From Somniosus microcephalus (lineage: Eukaryota): a stretch of 64,000 bases of DNA. Location: the NCBI GenBank assembly GCA_052327205.1, contig CM126205.1, forward strand, positions 319,424,001 to 319,488,000. The letters run 5' to 3'. The translations under genes and the position numbers were made by a program. Positions 23,545 to 37,925 of the stretch are shown piece by piece (within the stretch, counting starts at the first letter, position 1; every line of letters starts with the position of its first letter). Below the pieces are notes generated by a model that did no database searches, had not been told where the DNA came from, and saw nothing but the letters and a program-made list of their open reading frames with translations.

Positions 23545-26500
23545 ACTTGTAATATCAGAGCTTATTATAATGGGAGGTTTGTAATATCAGAGCTTATTAT
23601 AATGGGAGGTTTGTAATATCAGAGCTTATTATAATGGGAGGTTTGTAATATCAGAGCTTATTATAATGGGAGGCTTGTAATATCAGAGCTTATTATAATG
23701 GGAGGCTTGTAATATCAGAGTTTATTATAATGGGAGGTTTGTAATATCAGAGCTTATTATAATGGGAGGCTTGTAATATCAGAACTTATTATAATGAGAG
23801 GTTTGTAATATCAGAGTTTGTTATAATGGGAGGTTTGTAATATCAGAGCTTATTATAATGGGAGTCTTGTAATATCAGAACTTATTATAATGGGAGGTTT
23901 GTAATATCAGAGTTTATTATAATGGGAGGTTTGTAATATCAGAGCTTATTATAATGGGAGTCTTGTAATATCAGAGCTTATTATAATGGGAGACTTGTAA
24001 TATCAGAGCTTATTATAATGGGAGGCTTGTAATAGCAGAGCTTATTGTAATGGGAAGTTTGTAATATCAGTGTTTATTATAATGGGAGCTTTGTAATATC
24101 AGAGTTTATTATAATGAGAGGCTTGTAATATCAGAGCTTATTATAATGGGAGGCTTGTAATATCAGAACTTATTATAATGGGAGGCTTGTAATATCAGAG
24201 TTTATTATAACGGGAGGCTTGTAATATCAGAGTTTATTATAATGGGAGGTTTGTAATATCAGAGCTTATTATAATGGGAGGCTTGTAATATCAGAACTTA
24301 TTATAATGGGAGGCTTGTAATATCAGAGCTTATTATAATGGGAGGCTTGTAATATCAGAGCTTATTATAATGGGAGACTTGTAATATCAGAGCTTATTAT
24401 AATGGGAGGCTTGTAATAGCAGAGCTTATTGTAATGGGAAGTTTGTAATATCAGTGTTTATTATAATGGGAGCTTTGTAATATCAGAGTTTATTATAATG
24501 AGAGGCTTGTAATATCAGAGCTTATTATAATGGGAGGCTTGTAATATCAGAACTTATTATAATGGGAGGCTTGTAATATCAGAGTTTATTATAACGGAGG
24601 CTTGTAATATCAGAGTTTATTATAATGGGAGGTTTGTAATATCAGAGCTTATTATAATGGGAGGCTTGTAATATCAGAACTTATTATAATGGGAGGCTTG
24701 TAATATCAGAGCTTATTATAATGGGAGGCTTGTAATATCAGAACTTATTATAATGGGGGGTTTGTAATATCAGAGCTTATTATAATGGGAGGCTTGTAAT
24801 ATCAGAACTTATTATAATGGGAGGCTTGTAATATCAGAGCTTATTATAATGGGAGTCTTGTAATATCAGAACTTATTATAATGGGAGGTTTGTAATATCA
24901 GAGTTTATTATAATGGGAGGTTTGTAATATCAGAGCTTATTATAATGGGAGTCTTGTAATATCAGAGCTTATTATAATGGGAGACTTGTAATATTAGAGC
25001 TTATTATAATGGGAGGCTTGTAATAGCAGAGTTTCTAATGGGAGGCTTGTAATATCAGAGCTTATTATAATGGGAGGTTTGTAATATCAGAGCTTATTAT
25101 AATGGGAGGCTTGTAATATCAGAGCTTATTATAATGGGAGGCTTGTAATATCAGAGTTTATTATAATGGGAGGTTTGTAATATCAGAGCTTATTATAATG
25201 GGAGTCTTGTAATATCAGAACTTATTATAATGGGAGGTTTGTAATATCAGAGTTTATTATAATGGGAGGCTTGTAATATCAGAACTTATTATAATGGGAG
25301 GCTTGTAATATCAGAACTTATTATAATGGGAGGCTTGTAATATCAGAGCTTATTATAATGGGAGGCTTGTAATATCAGAGTTTATTATAATGGGAGGTTT
25401 GTAATATCAGAGCTTATTATAATGGGAGGTTTGTAATATCAGAGCTTATTATAATGGGAGACTTGTAATATCAGAGCTTATTATAATGGGAGGCTTGTAA
25501 TATCAGAGTTTATTATAATGGGAGGTTTGTAATATCAGAGCTTATTATAATGGGTGGCTTGTAATATCAGAACTTATTATAATGAGAGGTTTGTAATATC
25601 AGAGTTTGTTATAATGGGAGGTTTGTAATATCAGAGCTTATTATAATGGGAGTCTTGTAATATCAGAACTTATTATAATGGGAGGTTTGTAATATCAGAG
25701 CTTATTATAATGGGAGTCTTGTAACATCAGAGCTTATTATAATGGGAGACTTGTAATATCAGAGCTTATTATAATGGGAGGCTTGTAATAGCAGAGCTTA
25801 TTGTAATGGGAAGTTTGTAATATCAGTGTTTATTATAATGGGAGCTTTGTAATATCAGAGTTTATTATAATGAGAGGCTTGTAATATCAGAGCTTATTAT
25901 AATGGGAGGCTTGTAATATCAGAACTTATTATAATGGGAGGCTTGTAATATCAGAGTTTATTATAACGGGAGGCTTGTAATATCAGAGTTTATTATAATG
26001 GGAGGTTTGTAATATCAGAGCTTATTATAATGGGAGGCTTGTAATATCAGAACTTATTATAATGGGAGGCTTGTAATATCAGAGCTTATTATAATGGGGG
26101 TTTGTAATATCAGAGCTTATTATAATGGGAGGCTTGTAATATCAGAACTTATTATAATGGGAGGCTTGTAATATCAGAGCTTATTATAATGGGAGTCTTG
26201 TAATATCAGAACTTATTATAATGGGAGGTTTGTAATATCAGAGTTTATTATAATGGGAGGCTTGTAATATCAGAGTTTATTATAACGGGAGGCTTGTAAT
26301 ATCAGAGTTTATTATAATGGGAGGTTTGTAATATCAGAGCTTATTATAATGGGAGGCTTGTAATATCAGAACTTATTATAATGGGAGGCTTGTAATATCA
26401 GAGCTTATTATAATGGGAGGCTTGTAATATCAGAACTTATTATAATGGGGGTTTGTAATATCAGAGCTTATTATAATGGGAGGCTTGTAATATCAGAACT

Positions 26501-27310
26501 TATTATAATGGGAGGCTTGTAATATCAGAGCTTATTATAATGGGAGTCTTGTAATATCAGAACTTATTATAATGGGAGGTTTGTAATATCAGAGTTTATT
26601 ATAATGGGAGGTTTGTAATATCAGAGCTTATTATAATGGGAGTCTTGTAATATCAGAGCTTATTATAATGGGAGACTTGTAATATTAGAGCTTATTATAA
26701 TGGGAGGCTTGTAATAGCAGAGTTTCTAATGGGAGGCTTGTAATATCAGAGCTTATTATAATGGGAGGCTTGTAATATCAGAGCTTATTATAATGGGAGT
26801 CTTGTAATATCAGAACTTATTATAATGGGAGGTTTGTAATATCAGAGTTTATTATAATGGGAGGTTTGTAATATCAGAGCTTATTATAATGGGAATCTTG
26901 TAATATCAGAGCTTATTATAATGGGAGACTTGTAATATCAGAGCTTATTATAATGGGAGGCTTGTAATAGGAGAGCTTATTATAATGGGAGGCTTGTAAT
27001 ATCAGAGCTTATTATAATGGGAGCTTTGTAATATCAAAGCTTATTATAATGGCAGGCTTGTAATATCAGAGCTTATTGTAATGGGAAGTTTGTAATATCA
27101 GAGCTTATTATAATGGGAGGCTTGTAATATCAGAGCTTATTATAATGGGAGGCTTGTAATATCAGAGCTTATTATAATGGGAGGCTTGTAATATCAGAGC
27201 TTATTATAATGGGAGGCTTGTAATATCAGAGTTTATTATAATGGGAGGCTTGTAATATCAGAGCTTATTATAATGGGAGGCTTGTAATATCAGAGCTTAT
27301 TATAATGGGC
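23545..27310. repeat. 32-bp minisatellite GTAATATCAGAGCTTATTATAATGGGAGG(C/T)TT, ~118 copies, with higher-order structure
   Basis: Direct tandem repetition; diagnostic variant blocks recur along the array. Confidence 0.97.
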
Positions 27311-27689
27311 CGCATGCACAATTTCCAGCAGGGGTCACTGTATAACATTCGGCATCAGATTGAGGGAACTCTTCCATTATTGTTCTGTTGGAATCTTCTT
27401 TCTAGTTTTCCTCTCTCCTCTCCTGAAGGCGGGGTCTCTTTCTGACCCTGTTCTGGTACCTCAATCTTCACGTGTGATCGCAGACTGTGAGGGTCAGGGG
27501 GCTGGAAGATGGGGGTGGAGTCCTGATCAACACCTCACCTGGTGCGCACACATGCACAATTTCCAGCAGGGGTCACTGTATAACAATCAGCCGCAGAAAC
27601 CCTGGCTGGTTTCCCCGCCCAGCTGCCCCACTCCTCCCACCATCATCCCCGATCATTACTCCAGACTAACTCAGCACTGGTCTCTTCCT

Positions 27690-28260
27690 TGCATTTATAT
27701 AGCGCCTTTAGTACAGTAAGATATCCCAAGGAGCTTCACAGGTGCGATTATCAAACTAAATTTGACACCGGGCCACAGAGATATTAGGACAAGTGACCAA
27801 AAGCTTGGTCAAAGAGGTAGGTTTTAAGGAGCATCTTAAAGGAGGAGAGAGAGGCGGAGAGGTTTAGGGAGGGAATTCCAGAGCTTAGGGCCCAGGCAGC
27901 TGAAGACACGGCCGCCAATGGTGGAGCGATTAAAATCAGGGATGCTCAAGAGGCCAGAATTGGAGGAGTGCAGAGAACTCGGAGGGTTGTAGGGCTGGGG
28001 GAGATTACAGAGATAGGGAGGGGACGAGGCCATGGAGGGATTTGAAAACCAGAATGAGAATTTTAAAATCGAGGTGTTGCCGGACCGGGAGCGAGCACCA
28101 GAGTGATGGGTGAATGGGACTCGGTGCGAGTTAGGACACAGGAAGCAGAGTTTTGGACAATCTCAGGTTCACAGAGGGTGCAAGGTGGGCGGTCAGCCAG
28201 GAGAGTGTTGGAATAGTCCCGTCTGGAGGTAACTAAAGCACGGATGGGGGTTTCATCAAT
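27690..28260 (-). mobile_element. L2 3' fragment
   Basis: Minus-strand IRALVTSRRDYSNTLLA...VQNSASCVLTRT plus the L2 tail. Confidence 0.8.
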
Positions 28261-28286
28261 GATCAGGAGGAGGGGACAATGTTGCA

Positions 28287-28737
28287 AAGAAAGACTTGCA
28301 TTTATATAGCGCCTTTCACAACCACCGGATGTCACAAAGCGCTTTACAGCCAATGGAGTACTTTTGAAGTGTAGCCACTGTTGTAATGTGGGAAACGCAG
28401 CAACCAATTTGAACACAGCAAGATCCCACAAACAGCAATGTGATTGATGTTGGTTGAGGAATAAATATTTACCCAGGACACCGGGGATAACTCCCCTACT
28501 CTTCTTCGAAATAATGCCGTAAGAACTTTTACATCCACCTGAGAGAGTAGACGGGGCCTCGGTTTAACATCTCATCCGAAAGACGACACCTCCAACAGTG
28601 CAGCACTCCCTCGGTACTGGCACTGGGAGTGTCAGCCTGAATTTTTGTGCTGAAGTCCCTGGAGTGAGACTTGAACCGACAACCTTCTGACTCTGAGGCG
28701 AGGGCGAGGGCGCTGCCCACTGAGCCACGGCTGACAC
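28287..28737 (-). mobile_element. DeuSINE (SacSINE1-like)
   Basis: tRNA head, Deu core and tail on the minus strand. Confidence 0.75.
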
Positions 28738-29831
28738 TACAGAGGTGGAAGTAGGCGGTCTCAGTGATGGCGGGGATATGGCTCCGTGGCAGACTGGACG
28801 GTGCAGTTAATCACTGAACCCTGGGGAGCAAGGAATAAAATTAACACTGTCCAACCCCTTGAAAGTTAAACAAAGCCTGACCAGCGGGCACTGTGTTTGC
28901 AAAGCAAGAAATTCAGGGGGGACGAGGCTGGCCCGCGAGTAAATCATCATCTTCGGAGTTTCACTGGCGCAGATTGTCCACCCTTTGGCTGAGAGATAGT
29001 GCTGCCCACATTCACCGCAATGTTTCAGTACATCTTTAAAATACGAGCACCTATCGGGTGGGGTGTGTTGTGTATGTGCCTTTAAGAGAAGAACTGATTC
29101 TATACTGCAGTACCGGCAGTGACCACACCTGTATAAAAAGCCCTAGCAGGCTTCTGTACTTCAGTCTTGAATTACTCTCTGTTCAGTAAATACCTGTTTT
29201 ATTGTTCTCCTGCAGTCTGAGTATTATTGATCCTCGGACACTACACTGGCGACGGGCAGGTTCGAACTCACCTGCAGTGCTGCATCACCTCACGGGGATC
29301 TTTTCCCTGAAGAGAAGCTTCTTGGAGGTCGAAGTCAGGACGGCGGGCGTCGACCGCGGGCAACCGCCCAGGGATCCATCCGAGAGTTGCAGGGGAGGCT
29401 GTGGAGAGCTGGGCCTGGCTCCCCAGTCAAGGTGTTCCAGCAAGTCGTGCTGGTAGCAGGTAGTGCGCTGACCCTTCCGGACTGCGGCGGGCTCGGGCTC
29501 GATCGAGCAGCTCTGCAAAGGGGCCGTGCAGCGTCGTCGGGAGGAAGAGAGAGAGAGAGGGTGGAGCGCACAGGGTGCGGTCGGTGCTCAAGAACAGGGC
29601 AGCGTGGAGAGGATAGAACGCGGGGAAGGAAAAGTGAGACGCGCTGAAGCCGCGGGTCGCCGCCATTACCCTGTAGAACGCTAGGAGCAGCGTGGCAGCA
29701 AGGGGAAGAAGGAAAAGCGCGGGAGGCGCCATTTTATTCCATTGGGGAAGAAGGAAAAGCGCAGGAGGCGCCATTTTATTACATTGGGGAAGAAGAAAAA
29801 GCGCGGGAGGCGCCATTTTAAATCACCCAAG

Positions 29832-31031
29832 ATGCCGAAGAGTGGCAGTATCACTGCTTTCGACAATGAGGTAGAAGACTGGACCATGTATGTGGAAAGA
29901 ATTAAAGTGTACTGCAATGCCAATGAGGTGGCCAATGGAAAGAAGGCGTCGGTATTATTAAATTTGATGGGCGCGAGAACGTATGGCCTATTGCGGAATT
30001 TAATTACCCCAGCTAAACCAAAGGAGAAAAGATTTGAAGAGATTGTTAATATCTTACAGGAACACCTAAACCCTACACCGCTGCTGATAGCAGAAAGATT
30101 CAAGTTCCATAAAAGAAACCAGCACAAAGATGAGAACAATGCTGACTATCTTACGGAACTACGCAAGTTATCGAAGCACTGCCAGTTCGGAGCAGGACTG
30201 GCAGACACCTTGCGGGATAAGTTTGTTTGCGGGCTCCAGAGTGAAGGAACCCAGAAACGACTACTTTTGGAAAAGGACCTGATGCTAGAACAGGCTTTCA
30301 GCGTGGCAGTATCCTACGAAGCAGCAGCATGGGGAGCTGCAGAAATACAACAGAAACCACAGGAATACAGCGCTAACGAAATGGTGTATGGAGCAGAAAA
30401 GTGCTATTGCTGCGGCAGAACAACCCATGATCAGAAGGACTGCTGGGTTAAGGACAAAGTATGCAGGCAATGTGGGAAAATGGGACACATAGCAAGAGTC
30501 TGCAGGTCGGGAAAGAAAACCAACACTACAAGAACTACTAAGGAAAAGTACAAGAAAGTAAAGAAATTGACAGACAGTAGTTCGAAAGATCAGGAGAGTG
30601 ATAAGGACTCCGGGAGCAGGAGACTAAGTTGTCTAAAGTTACACAATGTGATCGCAAAGGAGGATCACCGAACCATTTGGGTCACCCTCATGATAGCAGG
30701 GTCCCCAGTAAAGATGGAATTGGACACAGGATCAGCCCTAACTGTCATGAATCGACGAGACTATGAGCGGCTATTCTCACACATACCCTTGAAGGACACG
30801 TCCATTGTATTGAAGACATACACGGGGCAAAAAGTCTACCCCAGAGGAAAAATAAGGGTGCCAGTTGAATACAACGGCAAGGAAACACAGAAACTGTATC
30901 TATATGTACTACCAGATGGAGGACCACCATTATTGGGACGTGAATGGATCCGAAAAATACAATTGGATTGGCATTCCATTCAGGCGCTAACTGTGACTGA
31001 TAAAAAGGATGATGACGTCACACCTGGATGA
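29832..31031 (+). CDS. gag: Gag-protease of element 2
   Basis: Starts [11 protein letters not shown]; two CCHC knuckles; LDTGS; TGA at 31029-31031. Confidence 0.92.
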   Translation: [399 protein letters not shown]

Positions 31032-33756
31032 CTGTCAAAAATTCTAACTGACGCGAAAGAGGTGTTCCAACAAGGACTTGGGACTCTAAAAGGAGTAACG
31101 GCAACGATAAAAATCGAAGATAACGCAAACCCAAAATTTTTTAAGGCCAGACCGGTACCTTACGCGATCCGCCCAGCCGTTGAAGCAGAGCTGCAGAGTC
31201 TGGAGTGTTCGGGTGTGCTGTCCAAGGTGGACTGGAGTGAGTGGGCCACACCCATCGTTCCTGTAATGAAGAAATCATTGAGCAGCACGCCTGGGGAACC
31301 GAAGAAGGTTCGCAACTGTGGGGACTTCAAGGTAACTGTGAACCCAGTCCTGCACACAGTACAATATCCACTTCCACGGATAGAAGATATTTTCGCCTCA
31401 CTACCTGGACGGAAACGCTTTACAAAGATTGATCTGGCCCAAGCGTATCTACAAATGGAAGTGGAAGAAGCGTCTAGGAAATACCTCACGATAAACACTC
31501 ACAAAGGCCTTTACCAGTACAATCGACTGGTATTCGGGGTAGCATCAGCCCCGGCTATTTGGCAGAGGGCGATGGAACAAGTCCTGCAAGAGATCCCGAG
31601 GACCCAGTGTTATTTGGACGACATCCTGGTTACGGGCGAAAATGACAGTGAACACCTTGCAGGAATATGGGCTACGAGCCAACCGCCCCAAATGCGAGTT
31701 CTTCAGGAGACAAATCTCGTATTGTGGCCACATGATTGATGAGGAAGGGTTGCATAAGTTGCCGGACAAGATTGAGGCTGTAGTCAAGGCTCCAGCACCG
31801 GAAAATGTGTCGCAACTGAGGTCGTTCCTCGGGTTGGTGAACTACTACCATAAGTTCTTGCCGAATTTATCTACAATTCTGCACCCACTGAACGCCCTGC
31901 TGCAAACTGGAGTAACATGGAAATGGAGTGATGAGTGTAAGCGTGCCTTTCAGAAATGTAAATGCCTAATCACTTCAAAAGAAGTATTGGCCCACTACAA
32001 TCCAACACTACCGATTCGGTTAGCATGTGATGTGTCTCCCTACGGCATCGGAGCGGTGCTGTCACACAAATTCCCTGACGCTTCAGAGAGGCCAATAGCC
32101 TTTGCGTCGCGCTCGTTAACCTCAGCCGAGCGTAACTACGCCCAGATTGACAGGGAGGCCCTCAGCCTGGTGTGGGGGGTGAAGAAGTTCAATCACTATC
32201 TGCACGGGCAGAAATTCACCCTACTGACTGATCATCAGCCCCTGGTCTCCATTTTTAACCCAAAGAAGGGCGTTCCGGTGATGATGGCACAACGGCTGCA
32301 AAGATGGTCACTTTTTCTAGGGGCACATCAGTACGACATAGAGTACAAGGGTACGAAACAGCATGGAAACGCTGATGGGCTGTCGCGCCTACCGTTGCCT
32401 ATGGTAGAGGAAGCACCTGCAGTGGACCCTGTTGAGATATTCCATGCGACTATAGTCGAATGTCTACCTGTTACAAACTCAAGTATAGAGAAGGAAACCT
32501 GAAATGACCTGACACTCTCTCGGGTCTATGATTTGACGGTGAAGGGATGGCCAGCACATGGCGACTCACTGTTGCCAGCATTCTCGCCAAGGACAGAACA
32601 GCTGTCAGTGTGCCGGGGGACCTTGATGTGTGGATCCCGAGTGGTAATTCCACCCAAGTTGAGAGATAGAGTGCTCAATGAGCTTCATGAGGGTCATCTG
32701 GGAGGGGTAAAAATGAAGAGCCTAGCCAGGGCGTTTGTGTGGTGGCCGGGAATCGATAAAGAAATCGAGGATATGACCAAGAGATGCACAGGATGCCAGA
32801 AGGTCCAAAACGCTCCACCACAGGCCCTGCTACACCCATGGGAATGGCCCTCATCTCCATGGCAACGGGTACACATTGATTTTGCTGGTCCATTTATGGA
32901 CTCAATGTTCCTAATCGCTGTGGACGCCCATTCGAAATGGCCAGAGGTCATCAAAATGTCCTCCACCACCACGGAGAAAACTATTGCAGTCCTTCAGACC
33001 ATCTTCGCCAGGAATGGCTTGCCAGAACAGATTTGCTCCGACAATGGGCCACAGTTTGTGTCAGAGGATTTCCGGAGGTTTCTGAGGAATAATGGGGTGA
33101 AGCATTACACATCTGCCCCATATCATCCAGCCAGAAATGGATTGGCTGAGAGGTTTGTTCAGACCTTTAAAAAGGCCATAAAGGCAATGCATAATGACGA
33201 CATACCACTACAACACAAGGTGGATAATTTCTTGTTTGCTTACCGGAATGCGACACATGCAGTCACCAACCAAGCTCCAGCCATAATGTTCTTCAACCGA
33301 AGGCTAAGATGTCGCCTGGATTTGCTCAAACCAAACATAGGACGAGATGTTGAGGATAAGCAATTCCAGCACATAGATGAGAAGCCAACCAGGAGCTTCA
33401 AGATAGAGCAACCAGTCTTGGCCCGCGACTACCGAACAGAAAAATGGCAGCCAGGAACGATATGCACACAGCAGGGACCACTAATGTACACAGTGGACAT
33501 TGGAGAGAGCATTGTGAGACGCCATGCTGACCAGATTCTAGAGTCACAGGAACAAGCCAAACCCATACCACGAGCAGGTGCACCTGGTAATCAACCCGAA
33601 GTACAGATTGCGTCTACCTCAGAAGCAGTGGTATTGGAAGCTGACGAACCAACCAATGACAATGAGCCAGAATCAACTCCGCCGCAAGAACAGGATACTC
33701 GAGAAAGGCGCTATCCAGTCAGGATCAGGAAGCCTCCTCAAAGACTGAACTTATAA
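31032..33756 (+). pseudogene. pol: Pol of element 2, disrupted
   Basis: RT, RNaseH and integrase motifs present; ~29-nt frameshifting deletion near 31660 relative to element 1; premature TGA at 32500-32502. Confidence 0.92.
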
Positions 33757-34429
33757 ATGATTATTTCAGTTGATGTATATAGTACAGAGAAAATTGTAAT
33801 TGTAATTAGTTATTATTTAGTTGTTAAATGAATGTTATGTACTGTTTATCTAAAAGGGGAGGAATTGTTGTGTATGTGCCTTTAAGAGAAGAACTGATTC
33901 TATACTGCAGTACCGGCAGTGACCACCCCTGTATATAAAGCCATAGCAGGCTTCTGTATTTCAGTCTTGAATTACTCTCTGTTCAGTACATACCTGTTTT
34001 ATTGTTCTCCTGCAGTCTGAGAATTATTGATCCTCGGACACTACAGGGTGGGGGGCAGGGAGAGGATTAGACTACAAAAGGTTGTTAGGCTGATGGGATA
34101 TTTTCAGATATGTTATATTAGAAATGAGAATTACAGGTGATGGGGGAGGGGGTTATTGGAGGATCAAATGAGAGGAAAGGGATTATAAAATGGGTTGAAA
34201 TGGCTCCAACACAGATAAGAGCCCAACATTTAACAGGCTTGCTTTGATGTCCCGTTGTGTGTAGGGGGGCGGTCTGATCCATTTAATTTTCTTCCCCCAC
34301 CACCCCCCCCCCCGCACCGCCACTCCCAGTTTTCTTTAGCTCTGCTCCTGATATGAAGGCGTTCACTCAGAAAGAAAGAAAGAACTTGCATATATATAGC
34401 ACCTTTCACGACTACCGGTCATTCCAACT

Positions 34430-35125
34430 GGCGCCCGGGCGCGGCACTGCCCACGCCTCCCGCTAAATTCCACGGGACGTTAGTGGTGGCGCTAACCGTT
34501 AGCGCAGCGCCGCTGCCGATGACGTCATCAGTGTGCGCATCGCCCCGCTGATGCCCTGGCCGCGATATTCGGCAGCGTCCCCTGATTTACCGCCGGACGC
34601 TATGTCCGACAGGGTCCGGGTGGCGTACCTGCGGCCGGGGAGGCGCAAATTAAAGGTGAGGTGTGGGGCGGCTATTCTTGTTGTTGGCCGCCTGCCAGCA
34701 CCTGCCTGCGCTCCCGTCCCCGGCCTCCTGAACCCCCCCCACCCCCCCCGCGGAGTGCCAGCTGTGCTCCAAGAGCCCGGCACTTCTCTTCAGTGCCGGG
34801 CTCTTTTGCCTGCACTCCCGATCCTCGGGGGCCCAGCTGGGCCCCAGGTCGCGCTGCACAAGGCCCCTCCCCTTTAAGAAGGGGAGGAAGGCCTGCAATA
34901 CCGCAGCGCGACGTGCCGCAGTGTGTGGCGCTGCAGCACGTTGCGCCACGATATTCACTCGCAGCGCCCCAAGAGGGATGCGGGGCGCCTCCATTAGCGC
35001 CGCGCTTCCCTTTGGGGCGCAACCACTCAATTTTCGGTGCGGGGGCGTGAATGTTTCCGGGGCGCTGCTTTTGGCGCCCTGGTGAGTCTGGCGCCCCAAA
35101 TGGGGCTATTCTCAATTTCTCCCCC
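34430..35125. mobile_element. GC/CpG-rich DNA-transposon-like fragment (possible Harbinger end)
   Basis: Ends in CAATTTCTCCCC abutting a CR1; no partner TIR found. Confidence 0.35.
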
Positions 35126-35397
35126 AAGATGTGGTCTCACCAAGGCCCTGTACAACTGCAGCATGACATCCTTGTTCCTGTACTCAAACCCTCTCGCTAC
35201 GAAGGCCAACATGCCATTTGCCTTCTTAACCGCCTGCTGCACCTGCATGCTTACCTTCAGCGACTGGTGCACAAGGACGCCCAGGTCTCGTTGCACTTCC
35301 CCTTCTCCCAATCTATTGCCATTCAGATAATAATCTGCCTTCCTGTTTTTGCCACCAAAGTGGATAACCTCACATTTATCCACGTTATATTGCATCT

Positions 35398-36090
35398 GCA
35401 GCAGCAGCCAATTTGCACACAGTAAGCGCCCACAAATAACAATGTGATAATGACCAGATAATCTGTCTTTTAGTGATGTTGATTGAGGGATAAATAATGG
35501 CCAGGACACCGTGGATAACTCCCCTACTCTTCTTCGAAATAGTGCTGTGGGATCTTTTACGTCCACCTGACAATGAAGTACTTTTTGAAGTGTAGTCACT
35601 GTTGAAATGTAGGAAACACAGCAGCCAATTTGCACACAGCAAGCTCCCACAAACAGCAATGAGATAATGACCAGATAATCTGTTTTTTAGTGAAATATAA
35701 ACAGAAAACGCTGGAAACACTCAGCTGGTCAGACAGCATCCGTGGAGAGAGAAACAGAGTTAACGTTTCAGGTCGAAGACCCTTCGTCAGAGTTTTAGTG
35801 ATGTTGATTGAGGGATAAATATCATCCCAGGGCACCAGGTAGAATTCTCCTGCTCTTCTTCGAAATAGTGCCACGGGATCTTTTACGTTCACCTGAGAGG
35901 GCAGACGGGGCCTCAGTTTAACGTCTCATCTGAAAGACGGTGCCTCTGACAGTGCAGCACTCCCTCAGCACTGCACTGGGAGTGTCAGCCTAGATTGTTG
36001 TGCTCAAGTCTCTGGAGTGGGACTTGAACCCACAACCTTCTGATCGGATACGAGAGGGCTACCCACTCATCAACCGAGTGTGTCAGTCGA
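35398..36090 (-). mobile_element. Tandem or nested DeuSINE copies with a Penelope pLTR piece
   Basis: Two Deu cores; pLTR piece at ~35692-35792. Confidence 0.7.
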
Positions 36091-36577
36091 GGCCGTGGTG
36101 ATGAGGATGGGTGGGGGGCGAGGGTGGAGGGTGGGTGTGAGGGAGGGTGTGAGAGAAGGGTAGGGGTGGGGTGCGGGGGGGTAGGAGGGGTGCATTGCAA
36201 CCTGGTGACACTGGAACCCGCTAATTGCCGTGTGCTCTCCCAAGGTGGCGCACCCACTCCCCCAGTCACCGTTCCTGCCCCCTCCCTTCCTGGAAAGTGC
36301 ACCTGTGTGGATAACAGGCCGTGATGCCCCCACAGTGGAATAGCCCTCCTGACGTGTACTATCTGGACTTGCCTGCAAAGACTGGAATCCATAGTACACT
36401 ATCCCAGGCTGAGCCACCACCTTCAGAAGGTGGCAGGAGAAGGTTGGGGTGGGGAGGTGGGGGAGAGAGTGGGCTATATGCTGGAATAGGGGTGTCGGAG
36501 AGGGGGAAGTGATGAAGAGGTCGCAATGGATACCCTGCCCTCATGGGCCTCCGAATCATGCTAAACCTTTTATAAAT

Positions 36578-37128
36578 CACTGGTTAGGTCTCAGCTGGAG
36601 TATCGTGTCCAAATCTGGGCACCACACTTGAGAAAGGCCTTGGCGAGGGTGCAGAGGAGATTGACCAGAATGGTCCCAGGGATGAGGGACTTCAGTTACA
36701 TGGAGAGACTGGAGAAGCTGGGATTGTTCTCCTTAGAGCAGAGAAGGTTAAGGGGAGATTTGATAGAGGTGTTCAAAATCATGAAGGGTTTTGATAGAGT
36801 AAATACGGAGAAACTGTTTCCAGTGGCAGGAGGGTCGTTGACCAGAGGACACAGATTGAAGGTAATTAGCAAAAAATTGAAGGCGACATGAGGAAAATAA
36901 CTTTTACGCAGCGAGTTGTTGTGATCTGGAATGCGCTGCCTGAAAGGGCAGTGGAAGCAGATTCAATAGTTGCTTTCAAAAGGGAATTGGATAAATACTT
37001 GAAGGGGAAAGATTTGCAGGACTACGGGGAAAGAGCGAGAGGAGTGGGATTAATTGGAGAGCACTTTCAAGGAGCCGGCACAGGCACGATGGGCCGAATG
37101 GCCTCCTTCTGTGCTGTATCATTCTATG
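36578..37128 (+). mobile_element. CR1 3' fragment
   Basis: VQRRLTRMVPGMRDFSYMERLEKLGLFSLEQRRLRGDLIEVFK. Confidence 0.85.
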
Positions 37129-37449
37129 CAGAGAGCGAAAAAAAGATCTAGCTACGAGATCAGACCCTCAGCACCTGAAATATCAGCTTAGGATGTGTGC
37201 TGGAGTCCTCTGGAGTGGGGACTTGAACCCACAACCTTCTGACTCGGAGGCAAGAGTGCTACACACAAGGCATCAAGGGGTATGGGGAGAGAGCGGGAAT
37301 ATGGTATTGAGATAGAGGATCAGCCAGGATCATATTGAATGGCCGAATGGCCTACTCCTGCTCCTCTTTTTCTATGTTTCTACCAACCGAGACTTTATCG
37401 GGCAGGTCTGAGCCCTGATCCCCGGGAGACACCTGCATAAAAGCTTGGG

Positions 37450-37925
37450 ATAGAAACATAGAAACATAGAAGATAGGAGCAGGAGTAGGCCATTCGGCCC
37501 CTCGAGCCTGCTCCGCCATTCAATGCGATCATGGCTGATCATCCAAATTCAGTACCCTGTCCCTGCTTTCTCCCCATATCCCTTGATCCCTTTAGCCTCA
37601 AGAAATATATCTAACTCCTTCTTGAATATATTTAATGAATTGGCCTCAACTGCCTTCTGTGGTAGAGAATTCCACAGGTTCACCACTCTCTGGGTGAAGA
37701 AATTCCTCCTCATCTCAGTCCTTATCCTTAGACTGTGACCCCTGGTTCTGGACTCCCCCGCCATCGGGAACATCCTTCCTGCATCTAGTCTATCTAGTCC
37801 TGTTAGAATTTTATAAGTTTCAATGAGATCCCCTCTCATTCTTCTAAACTCCAGCGAGTACAAGCCCAATCAACCCAATCTCTCCTCATACGTCATTCCT
37901 GCCATCCCAGGTATCAGTCTGGTCT
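37450..37925 (-). mobile_element. CR1 3' fragment
   Basis: Minus-strand LGLYSLEFRRMRGDLIETYKIL; (ATAGAAAC)n tail. Confidence 0.85.

Larger units (their letters stand above)
29066..34045 (+). mobile_element. Ty3/Gypsy (Mag-like) LTR retrotransposon, element 2, decayed
   Basis: 180-bp LTRs at 29066-29245 and 33866-34045 (6 differences seen), TSD GGGTG, PBS TGGCGACG, PPT AAAAGGGGAGGAA. Confidence 0.97.
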
